Positions 11,501 to 19,943 are shown, counted from the stretch's first letter. The stretch: DNA of 64,000 bases from Azolla caroliniana (GCA_043228905.1 JBHGNT010000010.1:16864001-16928000), one strand, 5' to 3'. Made by a program: numbers and translations. Notes: generated by a model not told the origin, from the letters alone.

Positions 11501-14404
11501 GCGGCGATGATCAAACTTCTCACGGAGTTTCGCGACGTCTTCGCCTGGTCATACGAAGACATGCGAGGGCTGGACCCTCAATTATATCAGCATCAGATCC
11601 ACTTAGGCAAGGACGCGAAACCAGTGGCGCAACGACGATACCGAATGAACCCCAACTACGCCGCCAAAGTAAAAGAGGAAATCGACAAACTCCTAAGAGT
11701 GGGCTTCATCCGGCCGGTAAAGAAAGCGACGTGGCTGAGCCCCATCGTCGTCGTCCCCAAGAAGAACGGTAAAATCCGTGTGTGTGTTGATTACAGGAAA
11801 CTAAATGCCGCCACAATTACGGATGCATTCCCTCTTCCGTTCACGGACGGAGTACTGGATGCCGTCGCCGGTCATGAAGTTTATAGCTTTTTAGACGGGT
11901 TCAGCGGGTACAATCAAATCCGGATGCACCCGGACGACCAGGAAAAGACAGCGTTCGTCACCGAATGGGGGGTGTTTGTGGCCGAAGTCATGATGTTCGG
12001 CCTAAAAACGGCACCAGCAACGTTCCAGCGAATCATCATGGAGATCTTCGGCGAATACATTCCTGCCTTTATGCAAGTTTTCCTGGATGATTTTGCAGTT
12101 TATAGCCGGGGAAAAGACCATTTGCAGCACCTACGGTTATGCCTTGAAAAGTGTAGGTTATACCGGCTAAGCTTAAACCCAGCAAAATGCATCTTTGGGG
12201 TTTCAAGTGGAATATTGCTGGGACACATCGTAAGTAAGGAGGGCATTGCGGTCGACCCGGACAAAGTAAACGCCATACTAGGGGCACCGGCGCCGAAAAC
12301 GGCCAAAGCACTAAGCCGATTCTTAGGACAAATCCGGTGGCACAGCCGGATGCTCCGTCACTTGGCGGACTTGGCGACACCATTACACACCGCGGTACAT
12401 CGGACACCGTTCCAATGGACGGAGACGGAGGATAAGGCATACAATGCCCTGAAGGTACTTTTGTCGCAAGCACCTGTCGTGCAGCCTCCGGATTGGAGCA
12501 AGGAATTTCACGTGTTCGTGGACGCGTCCGACATCGCTATTGGCAGCGCCTTAATGCAACTTACGGAGCCTAAATGGTACCGGCCGGTATATTACGCCAG
12601 CCGGAAGCTGTCCCAAGCGGAGAAGAACTATTCAACGACGGAACGGGAGGCCCTCGGCATGATCTACAGTGTCACAAAGTTTCGGCACTACCTATTGGGA
12701 AGGAAGTTCTCCTTTCATGTGGATCACTCGGCGCTTCTGTACTTAGTGTCCAAGGCGTCCCTGACCGGTAAGTTGGCCCGTTGGACCTTGCTATTGCAGG
12801 AGTTCGAATTCGAGATTTTCCACCGGCCCGGTATCCAGCATGCCGTAGCAGACTACCTGAGCCGGTTAGAGTCCGGAGAACCAGGCGACGGAGTAGCGGA
12901 TGAATTCCCGGACGCGGAGTTATTCCGTATCACCCCGGAAACGGCAGCGGACGACACGGTGTCATCAGAAGATAAATGGCTGACAAACATGCACCAGTTC
13001 CTAAGCACGGGCCTGCCACCGGAGGAAATGAACCGGGACGAGAGGAAACGACTGGCGGTGCAGAGCCGCAATTTCTGTCTGTTACGGGACACCCTCTACC
13101 ACAAAGGAGCAGATGGAATATGGAGACGGGCAGTCCGTAGTGACGAGAAAGAAGTAATCTTACGGGAAGCACACTGTGGGGTTGCCGGAGGACACTATGC
13201 CGGGGAAGCGACGGCGAGGAAAGTATGGCAGAGCGGCTTGTGGTGGCCCACGACGTTAAAAGACGCCGTCAAGTATGCTAAGGAATGTGACCTATGCCAA
13301 CGAATGGGCCAGCCTACGGACCAAGCACGGATGCCACACCAACCGGTACTTCCACTAGAGCCATTCCAGAAGTGGGGGTTGGATTTTGTCGGACCGTTCA
13401 AGCCACCGGCAATGAGAACGGGTAATCGTTATGTCATCGTGGCAACGGATTATTGCACTAAATGGGTGGAAGCAAAGGCCCTGAGAGACAACACCGCGTC
13501 ATCCACAGCAAAATTCCTGTACGAAAACATTTGGTGCCGATATGGATGTCCGATTGAATTAATCAGCGACCAAGGAGGCCACTTCCTCGGCCAGGTAGTG
13601 GAAAGCTTAACAAAGTTCTATGCCGTGGTTCATAAACGGAGCACACCGTACTACCCACAGGCGAACGGGTTAGCGGAGTCCACCAACAAAACGCTGCAGA
13701 ACATTCTCCGCAAAATCGTCAACGAAAACCGGACGGACTGGGATACAAAGCTCCATAGCGCGCTATGGGCGTACAGAACGGCATACAAAACGAGTATCCG
13801 GACAACGCCGTTCCGGTTAGCATTCGGCTTAGAAGCGGTCATGCCGGTTGAGTTTCAGGTACCAAGCTTACGGATCCAACTACGGGAACGGCTGAATGAA
13901 AAGAAATCGGAGGAAATGCGGCTAGCAGCACTATGCGAACTGGAGGAGCAACGGTTGGCCAGCATCCTCCACATGGAACTGGAGCAACGACGACGGAAAG
14001 CGTTCGTTGACCGTCACCGGAAAGGTAACGAAAAGATGTTCGAAATCGGAAAGCCGGTTCTAGTATTCCAAACCAGGATGGGCAAAATGCCGGGTAAACT
14101 CCGGTTCAGATGGACAGGCCCGTATTGGCTGACACGGGAATACAACGGGTCCTATCAGATAGGGACACTTGCCGGTGAAGTACTAGGCAAGTGGGTAAAC
14201 GGATTTCGACTAAAACCCTATAAAGGACCGATGCCAAAGAACCCGTTTATGCAGCTCACCGGCACTACACCAGGAACCTGTCCGGGATCGGTACGGATCG
14301 ATCCGGAAGAAAAAGACGACGGGGAACCCGTAGCAGAGACGAAGGAAGACACGGCAACCCGTAAGGAAAACGGTCAGGGTCCGAAGGGACCTACGGATGT
14401 GTAA
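8570..14404 (+). CDS. Gag-Pol polyprotein, 1944 aa
   Basis: Gag domain, three CX2CX4HX4C knuckles, protease (VIDGGSGVN), RT (LDGFSGYNQI, MMFGLKTAPATFQR, FLDD), RNase H (FVDASD, TEREAL, ADYLSR), integrase (HHCC, WGLDFVGP, SDQG, AESTNK, GPY). Confidence 0.98.
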   Translation: MTRPTHDLVTDRARRIAERQRRRETFQQAAQEIRSDRSFSNEIRRVAEESLRLRQTRDQDDGSSLSSLRETERLLEALASGENEAEAFSAYESDSEGGYSVHTNYRSSNDTPGGPEDDGSDTVPTPEPEPLNQGYPEPQTEAVKPPTPTKEPAKVPEEEPEKEPEKGPAKEPEVEPEKDPEKYQQTPLNRDLILDDDMPFQYSKYRDDPDAEAHVDDFEQTWEANHTSQRMTPEEEERSKIAEFGVTLEGPATRWRRSQDPATITTFAELKAKFLHFFHKEVDQTTMVGLFYTIRQEAGESIPQFVIRFQRMHSQLARAPPEEELRTIFLNALREPLRTVCTVIDFRGCTIDQVIDRVREMEKTSSWLTLGTLQRALPTEEDLRFRQAIQCTICLNAGHSAVECTMRTQCVICQSKSHTTDRCEYNLLNRQAPPVRRIEPRSSRDEDDDRWQRGNRYPPAQDVRYGDRQENDGRYGNRRDNYDRYERSDRYREPNRRHEQYDRDHSPGYRRHQEDYGRCYDPPRPDYRNKHKNNKKRNFKKGGHPRDPEHGIPRGQPAQNAPLATGPTPATSNAESSNTRKEYCYYCRQEGHYSNQCPVKSYEKRPAVNMVVPEVADLQQVTTRSKGMAKEWETQEAIRKQATEWVKEANERNVADAERQKAKTIGSAGGSHPENETWQALQECQITLPLGRLLQLVPRFTEGLKTGMTDGIAPPAPVLFSNPEEGPTVVDTSSPAITAIVKGHELPGTVIDGGSGVNVISLRTCDALGIHEWEPCPFWLRMADTSSVRPTGLIRKLEVTIGGHTFHISAVVLQLQAQGAYPLLLGRPWLKTAHIKQNWRKNMITFRRGKAKVRVPTQPRTSNGKECTPLYAECVNMLEGLADDEEARYLEEHPKIIPLFEIDVAEAVAAYLPQRDDTEAEPDKDAIRELRQAQEALEREMAVSQRVKASQLDEVNLGSKDESKPVHIAKEMKPEDKAAMIKLLTEFRDVFAWSYEDMRGLDPQLYQHQIHLGKDAKPVAQRRYRMNPNYAAKVKEEIDKLLRVGFIRPVKKATWLSPIVVVPKKNGKIRVCVDYRKLNAATITDAFPLPFTDGVLDAVAGHEVYSFLDGFSGYNQIRMHPDDQEKTAFVTEWGVFVAEVMMFGLKTAPATFQRIIMEIFGEYIPAFMQVFLDDFAVYSRGKDHLQHLRLCLEKCRLYRLSLNPAKCIFGVSSGILLGHIVSKEGIAVDPDKVNAILGAPAPKTAKALSRFLGQIRWHSRMLRHLADLATPLHTAVHRTPFQWTETEDKAYNALKVLLSQAPVVQPPDWSKEFHVFVDASDIAIGSALMQLTEPKWYRPVYYASRKLSQAEKNYSTTEREALGMIYSVTKFRHYLLGRKFSFHVDHSALLYLVSKASLTGKLARWTLLLQEFEFEIFHRPGIQHAVADYLSRLESGEPGDGVADEFPDAELFRITPETAADDTVSSEDKWLTNMHQFLSTGLPPEEMNRDERKRLAVQSRNFCLLRDTLYHKGADGIWRRAVRSDEKEVILREAHCGVAGGHYAGEATARKVWQSGLWWPTTLKDAVKYAKECDLCQRMGQPTDQARMPHQPVLPLEPFQKWGLDFVGPFKPPAMRTGNRYVIVATDYCTKWVEAKALRDNTASSTAKFLYENIWCRYGCPIELISDQGGHFLGQVVESLTKFYAVVHKRSTPYYPQANGLAESTNKTLQNILRKIVNENRTDWDTKLHSALWAYRTAYKTSIRTTPFRLAFGLEAVMPVEFQVPSLRIQLRERLNEKKSEEMRLAALCELEEQRLASILHMELEQRRRKAFVDRHRKGNEKMFEIGKPVLVFQTRMGKMPGKLRFRWTGPYWLTREYNGSYQIGTLAGEVLGKWVNGFRLKPYKGPMPKNPFMQLTGTTPGTCPGSVRIDPEEKDDGEPVAETKEDTATRKENGQGPKGPTDV
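9020..9115 (+). repeat. Eight imperfect 12-bp coding repeats (EPEK-like) in the Gag N-terminal extension
   Basis: Units like GAACCGGAAAAA encode EPAK-VPEE-EPEK-EPEK-GPAK-EPEV-EPEK-DPEK. Confidence 0.85.
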
Positions 14405-14425
14405 GGTCACACACCGTCATTAAAG

Positions 14426-14460
<35 letters not shown>
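14426..14460 (+). repeat. Poly(A)35 tract between pol and ORF2
   Basis: Read directly; bracketed by TCATTAAA at 14417-14424 and 14461-14468. Confidence 0.95.
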
Positions 14461-14464
<4 letters not shown>

Positions 14465-14789
14465 TAAAAATCGAGGTATGAACGGGTGTGAAAGCAAGGC
14501 GCGAAAAGGTACGTAGTGGGCATTTAAGAGCCGCCACGTACTTAATACTAAATCGGTACACGACGTGCGCACGCTCGAAAAAAAAGGCGCCAAGACGCAC
14601 AGAGAAAAAGAGGAGCGCATGGAGACCTTCTTTTTTCGCGAGCCAAGAAGCACAGAAGCACCAAGGCAGTGGAAGCTGAGCAAACGCGAACCTGCACGCA
14701 GAGAACCCCCGCGCTCAGAACGCTCTCTCTCTCGCTCTCACCCTCATCACCACTCTACCTCGCCATCTTCCCTCGACCTTGAAGCAGAC

Positions 14790-17441
14790 ATGGAACCACA
14801 AACGCTGTCGGAAGCGGCCAGGAAATGGTTCAGGCAAAACGGACTGGAGGGGTTCTTGGCCATCATGGAGGCACCGCCGCACAGAGAAGCCGACCGGGTC
14901 ATCAAGGAGCTCGCCACAGAGGTCATCACCGAGGAAGCGATCCGCGCGCTAACAGGCCTTCCGGAGGGAGGAATCTTTCAGATCGATAACCCAACCTCGG
15001 AGCAACTCACCCGATATTTCGGTGAGTACTCTGTTGCCGGCAAAGGCTATCGGACGCAGGGCGGCGAAGATCCGCTATTCAGGGAGATAGCTCGAGTGCT
15101 CCATGAGTACGGTCACGTGTACCCCCGACCCCCTGTCATGCCAAAAAATCGGGCAGGGATGATCATAGCCACCTATGAAGGGGTCAAGGTGGACTGGCCG
15201 GTGTTGATTGCAGACGGGTTGTGCATGGCAATCGACATGGTACGAGGGAAGGACGGCAAGGAGGGTCGGAAGCTGTGGCACGCCGTAGCTCAATGGATAA
15301 CATTGCTCGTGCCGCCGGTCGAGACCGTCCAGCCAAAGAAGCGGCCAAGAGTATCGGAAGGAAGCACCTCGAAGCCGGCGTCCAAACGACAGCAGCTGCT
15401 GGCGTCAAAGGCGACGAGAGGGAAGAAACGGGTCCAAGAACCGGAGGAGGTGTCACCGGTCCGACCCGTCAAGATAACCTTACGGAGACCAGGACAGAAG
15501 GAACCGGAACCCTTGACGGCACAGAAACATGCCGTGACACAGGAAGAGGAAACGGAGGAGCCAGAAGAGCACCTCCAACGACGGTCAAGAAGTAGGACCG
15601 CCGAGACAGGAGGGGAGCGGTCGTACCCGCGAGAGGCAGAAACGCCCCCAACTCAACCTGAGCAAACCACAAGGGAAGAACCGGAACCGGTGCATAGGGA
15701 ACCGGTCTTGGCGACTTCTATAGAAGAAGTCATGCCAACGGCGGCGGAAACGGCGGGAACCGGAACGCAACAGCCGGCGAGCACAGCCAGCACACACGGC
15801 GGCCAAGGAGTAGAACCAGAACGGCATATGCAGGCACTCAGGCCAGACAATTCCACAGGGAATGAGCCGACCCGACCAGTACAACAACAAGGCACCAGTA
15901 GCATGTGGCTACGGTGGGTAGGCGAGCAAATCGCCGGAGTGGTCGAGTATATAGAGGCGGAAGAGAGAGCGCACCAGGAACGGTTGCTCGTCACAACCGT
16001 AGATCTAGAGACGGCCCGGTCCAGAATCCGGAGCCTTGAACAAGACTTGGACAGGGTCACAAGGGAAACACAAGTCCAAGCACCGGTGACTCCGGGCAAT
16101 GTACAGAATAAAGTATCAAATCAACCTGTACATAGCAATCAGACCCCGGCAACGGAAACCGTTCCGGAGAGAAATGCGGCACAAGCCCAAGAGCTTGCGG
16201 ATTTAAAGGATGAGCTAGCTGCCCAAGAAGCGCTGAGGAGCCGCGAAAGAGAATTGAAGACGGCAGCGGAGGCAGAACTCAAAAAGACTGCTGAGAATCT
16301 ACGCCGGGCCGAGGAGAGCTTACGGAAAGGCCACCAAGCATACGACCGGCTCAAGGAGGAAAAAGAGAAAATGCTGCAAGAGAAGGACAAGCTCCGGAGG
16401 AACGCCGAAACAGAAGTAGAGCGCCTGAAAGAGGAACTCCGGCAGGTAAAGGACCGGGAGGACCGGAACCATCGCCAAATCAACGGCAAGCTCAAACAAA
16501 AAACGGAGGAATTTGAGCAATTGCACCGGGAGTATAAACGGTTGCAAACGGAGCACAAGGAACGGACGGATGAGCTCCGGCAAGCCGTCGATCGGATCGC
16601 AACCGCATTCGCCAAGGAACAAGCGGAAAACAGAAGACGGTTGGAAGAGGAGGAGAAGGTTCGGACAGAGCTCCTCAGGCAACAGCAGGCGGAAAAAGAA
16701 AGAGCGGCGGAGGTACTGCAGAGGCTGCAAACGACATATCAAGGGCAGCTGACGCGCTACAGAGAGCAGGCGGAGGATACGGCAAACCTCATCAAGCAGT
16801 TGAAGGAGGAGCGACAAGTGGTGGAAAGCAGAGCTCAAATGGGAGCAAGTCGCATCCAAGATATAATGCGGGCCTGGTTGAACCAGACCAAGAGCTTGAT
16901 TGACAACGGTTCCGTCAAATGGTGGACCAAGTGGGCCACGAACGCCGCGGAACTCCAATTGCTCCAGGCTGACGTAGAGAACCGGCGGAAGGAGGGAGAT
17001 GATTGCTATATGCTGAATTCTGAAGACTTCACCGGCATAAGAGATGAGTTGGCCGAAGACTTTCAAGCCTTGGCGGCGGACCAACTAGAGCAAGTCCGGC
17101 AACTTGTAGCTCAGCTGGATGACGACAGGCTGGAGGCGCAGATCCAGTTTGAAAGCTACGAAAGGTCCCGGATCCGGGGAGAGAAAGAACGAGAACCAGT
17201 TACGGTTAACCTCAGTGATGAGGAACCGTTACTGGAAGGAGACCGTACCGGAAGCAGTCAAACGGAGATGCCGGAGCCAGAAAAACAAACGGAGCAGCAG
17301 CAGCAAGCAGAGCAGCCGGAGCAACCTCAGTCTCAACCGCAACCACAGCAGCAGCAGCAAGCACAACCGCAACAACCACAACCGGAAGAACAAGTGGAAA
17401 TTCTTGAACAAAGTAATTTGGACAATTTGGGTGAACAATGA
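14790..17441 (+). CDS. Extra retrotransposon ORF2: PMD/plant-transposon-protein-like N-terminal domain, disordered linker and long coiled coil (883 aa from ATG 14790; frame open from 14565, alternative ATG 14619)
   Basis: Uninterrupted ORF inside the element. It has the motif ITEEAIRALTGLPEGG...VDW, basic patches (PKKRPR, RGKKR), an E/K/R/Q/L-rich heptad region and a Q/P-rich tail. The domain assignment is by resemblance only. Confidence 0.85.
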   Translation: MEPQTLSEAARKWFRQNGLEGFLAIMEAPPHREADRVIKELATEVITEEAIRALTGLPEGGIFQIDNPTSEQLTRYFGEYSVAGKGYRTQGGEDPLFREIARVLHEYGHVYPRPPVMPKNRAGMIIATYEGVKVDWPVLIADGLCMAIDMVRGKDGKEGRKLWHAVAQWITLLVPPVETVQPKKRPRVSEGSTSKPASKRQQLLASKATRGKKRVQEPEEVSPVRPVKITLRRPGQKEPEPLTAQKHAVTQEEETEEPEEHLQRRSRSRTAETGGERSYPREAETPPTQPEQTTREEPEPVHREPVLATSIEEVMPTAAETAGTGTQQPASTASTHGGQGVEPERHMQALRPDNSTGNEPTRPVQQQGTSSMWLRWVGEQIAGVVEYIEAEERAHQERLLVTTVDLETARSRIRSLEQDLDRVTRETQVQAPVTPGNVQNKVSNQPVHSNQTPATETVPERNAAQAQELADLKDELAAQEALRSRERELKTAAEAELKKTAENLRRAEESLRKGHQAYDRLKEEKEKMLQEKDKLRRNAETEVERLKEELRQVKDREDRNHRQINGKLKQKTEEFEQLHREYKRLQTEHKERTDELRQAVDRIATAFAKEQAENRRRLEEEEKVRTELLRQQQAEKERAAEVLQRLQTTYQGQLTRYREQAEDTANLIKQLKEERQVVESRAQMGASRIQDIMRAWLNQTKSLIDNGSVKWWTKWATNAAELQLLQADVENRRKEGDDCYMLNSEDFTGIRDELAEDFQALAADQLEQVRQLVAQLDDDRLEAQIQFESYERSRIRGEKEREPVTVNLSDEEPLLEGDRTGSSQTEMPEPEKQTEQQQQAEQPEQPQSQPQPQQQQQAQPQQPQPEEQVEILEQSNLDNLGEQ

Positions 17442-17453
17442 AGGGGCCGAGAA

Positions 17454-17491
17454 GGGTTCGACGTACAAGGTACTGTCCCACGGGCGTGCCA
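17454..17491 (-). promoter_or_regulatory. Inverted second primer-binding site (tRNA-Arg(UCU)-like) at the position normally held by the PPT
   Basis: The minus strand reads LTR end ...TAACA-CA-TGGCACGCCCGTGGGAC-[13 nt]-TCGAACCC. No purine tract abuts the LTR. Confidence 0.7.
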
Positions 17492-17493
17492 TG

Positions 17494-17913
17494 TGTTACC
17501 GGCCGGCAAGGAGTCCAAAATACGGAGTGAAGGAATTAATTAGATATGGTTGTAAATGAGCATAGTGTGGACGGACGGACTGGAAACGGTATGCCGTTCC
17601 AGATCCGGACGGATCCCGAATAGATGCGAGAAGCACCGTTTTGTACTACGGGTCGGAAACCTATTTAAAAGGCCGGACCCTGTTGTAATGACAGCGGATA
17701 ATTAATAGAGATTATGATGTTTATACTTCTGTCTTGATTTCCGTTCTGTAATCACTGTTATATCTTACGCGTGTAATTAACCGAAGCAATCTAATCGTGT
17801 AACTTACGTAAGTCGGTGTAATCGTTGAATCTTAATCCTATGCCGTAATCACCCTTTGGTGAAGTGTCTCCGTGACACCTTGTGTTAGGCCTTGTCCGGC
17901 TAAGCGAATAACA
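17494..17913 (+). repeat. 3' LTR of the gypsy element (420 bp)
   Basis: 418/420 identical to the 5' LTR and followed by TSD GATAT. Confidence 0.97.
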
Positions 17914-17918
17914 GATAT

Positions 17919-19910
17919 CATCTTCATGGAAGAAAAGACGATTGTTGACCAGGAGATGGAGAAGATAGGGTCAGCCTCCAAGTCGACCAAAAATAGGCCT
18001 CTAGTGGTTGAGTGTCATGCAAGACGAAATGGATTCCTTGCATGAGAACCACACGTATGAACTGGTCGAGCTACCAAAGGGAAAGAAGGCTCTTCGGAAC
18101 AAGTGGGTATACAAATTGAAGCCGAGAGAAAGTTGGAATCCACCCAGATACAAAGCCCGAATTGGTGTGAAAGGTTTTCAACAGAAGAAGGGTGTGGATT
18201 TCGACGACATATTTGCCTCGGTAGTAAAGATGACGTCAATACAGATGGTTTCTGAGCATTGCAGCCAACATGGACTTAGACATTGAACAGTTGCATGGCA
18301 GAAAAACTTTCTTGCATGGAGATCTAGAGGAAGAGATCTACATGCAACAACCGGAAGGATTTGTAGAGAAAGGTAAAGAGAACTTGGTATGTCGGTTGAA
18401 GACAAGCTTGTACGTGCTGAAGCAAGCACCGGGCCGGCAATGGTATCGAAAGTTCAAATCCTACATGGTGGATCACGGTTTCAACAAGACACAAGCTTTG
18501 TCAAAAAATATGGTGGAGGAAACTTTGTCGCCCTCTTGTTGTATGTTGATGACATGTTGATTGTCGGGGAGGACCTGAAGAAAATCAGAAGCTTGAAAAG
18601 GGCTTTAAACAAATCCTTTGCGATGAAGGATATGGGTCTGGCAAAGTAGATTTTGGGTATGCACATTGTTTGGGATCAAACAAATAAGTTGATATGGTTG
18701 TCACAAGAAAAATACGTGACGAACATACTCTAGAGATTCAACATGTAGGACGCGAAGTCGATCGGTTCAACACTACCGACAAACTGCAAGATGAATAGAG
18801 GCCAATGTTTGAAGACAAAGACGAAGAAGGTTGACATGATGAAGGTCCCCTATGCCTCAACAGTCAGAAGCTTGATATACGCAATGGTTTGCACCAAGCC
18901 GGACATCACATATGCAGTCGGAGTCATCAACCAATTCATGAGCAATCCGAGCACAAAGCATTGGTTTGTTGTGAAGTGGATACTTTGGTACCTGAGAGGC
19001 ACCTTGAGCGTGTGCCTCCGATTCGGCTCAGGCAACCCCATGTTGGAAGGCTTCAAGGATTCCGACATGTCGGCTGATGCATATATCACCCGATCAACGT
19101 CCGGATATGTGATGATGTTTGCAGGGGGGGAGCCGTTTTGTGGCAGTCGAGGCTTTAGAAGATTGTGGCTCTGTCGACCATAGACGTTGAGCTGAATACA
19201 TGGTTGTCGTTGAAGTTGGTAAGAAAGTTATATGGATGAAGGAGCTTATTAGAGAGTTAGGAATTCGGCAAGAATAATTCCGACTCTACTGCGACAACCA
19301 AAGTGCCATCCACCTTGCGAAGAATGTTGCCTACCATGGCTGTTTGATTTGTTCCATGGCTGCATCATCAAGATGTCTCCAAAACATCGTACATTTTCAG
19401 CATATGATCCCATGGAATATAAATCAATGGTAGTGGCAAAGAAGTTAAATGGCATAGAATGGTTCTGGTTGGACAATGTCCCACAGGTTCAAGCAAAGGT
19501 GAATGGAAAAGAGGTGATAAAGAGGCTTATTCGTGCTAAAGTGGATGCCTTCTCAAAGTTTATATGTGGTCTTATAGCTTGACGTAGCAATGGAATTTTC
19601 TCAAGGTTTATATGTGCTCTGCTAGCAAAGGTGTTATTGGCAACAATGTAGTTTTTTGATAATATGTATTTGTGCAAAGGAAACAGTATTATGTACTATT
19701 TGTATATTGCCTTTGGCTTTTTATTAATACCAATAGAGCATATTTTTATGGAAAAAAAAAGAATGTTGCCTACCACTCGAGGACCAAGCACATCCAGAGG
19801 AGATACCATTGGTTGCAGGACGCATAAAAGCAATTTTTTGTGATCCGGTTGGATGCAAGATATAGAAAAATCAGAGAAGTTGAACGTGTGCCGACAAAGA
19901 GTCAGACTGG
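17919..19910 (+). pseudogene. copia reverse transcriptase and RNase H pseudogene
   Basis: ORF fragments 18008-18286, 18270-18560, 18389-18649 and 18791-19183 carry copia RT/RH motifs, broken by frameshifts and stops. Confidence 0.92.
19337..19758 (+). mobile_element. 422-bp retroposed insertion (5'-truncated LINE or LINE-mobilised RNA)
   Basis: Perfect 17-bp TSD AAGAATGTTGCCTACCA (19320-19336, 19759-19775) and an A-tail. Removing it restores copia AIHLAKNVAYH|SRTKHI. Confidence 0.88.
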
Positions 19911-19926
19911 CGAAGTACCCCATCCC

Positions 19927-19940
19927 AGAGTGAAGGGGGA
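19927..19940 (+). promoter_or_regulatory. Polypurine tract of the copia element
   Basis: AGAGTGAAGGGGGA lies 3 nt before the 3' LTR. Confidence 0.75.
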
Positions 19941-19943
19941 TTT

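Larger units (their letters stand above)
8099..17913 (+). mobile_element. Intact, very young Ty3/gypsy LTR retrotransposon (non-chromovirus, Athila-like pol) with an extra 3' ORF
   Basis: 420-bp LTRs TGTTA...TAACA and TSD GATAT (8094-8098, 17914-17918). Uninterrupted 1944-aa gag-pol in PR-RT-RH-INT order and an uninterrupted second ORF. No chromodomain or second RNase H is visible. Confidence 0.97.

Noticed and set aside
16320-17084. 254-aa antisense ORF and other minus-strand ORFs across 8595-17518
   Set aside because: Shadow ORFs of GC-rich coding sequence with no recognisable motifs.
14565-17441. ORF2 as a retroviral envelope
   Set aside because: No signal peptide or convincing TM segment; the protein is highly charged and coiled-coil-like.
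17440-17456. Purine-rich GAAGGGGCCGAGAAGGG as the gypsy PPT
   Set aside because: It ends 37 nt before the LTR, is interrupted by CC and overlaps the tRNA-like block, whereas a PPT normally abuts the LTR. It remains the main alternative to test.
17440-17493. A real tRNA gene or a hammerhead ribozyme
   Set aside because: No D or anticodon arm and no A-box are present, the CCA is encoded, and there is no CTGATGA/GAAA core.
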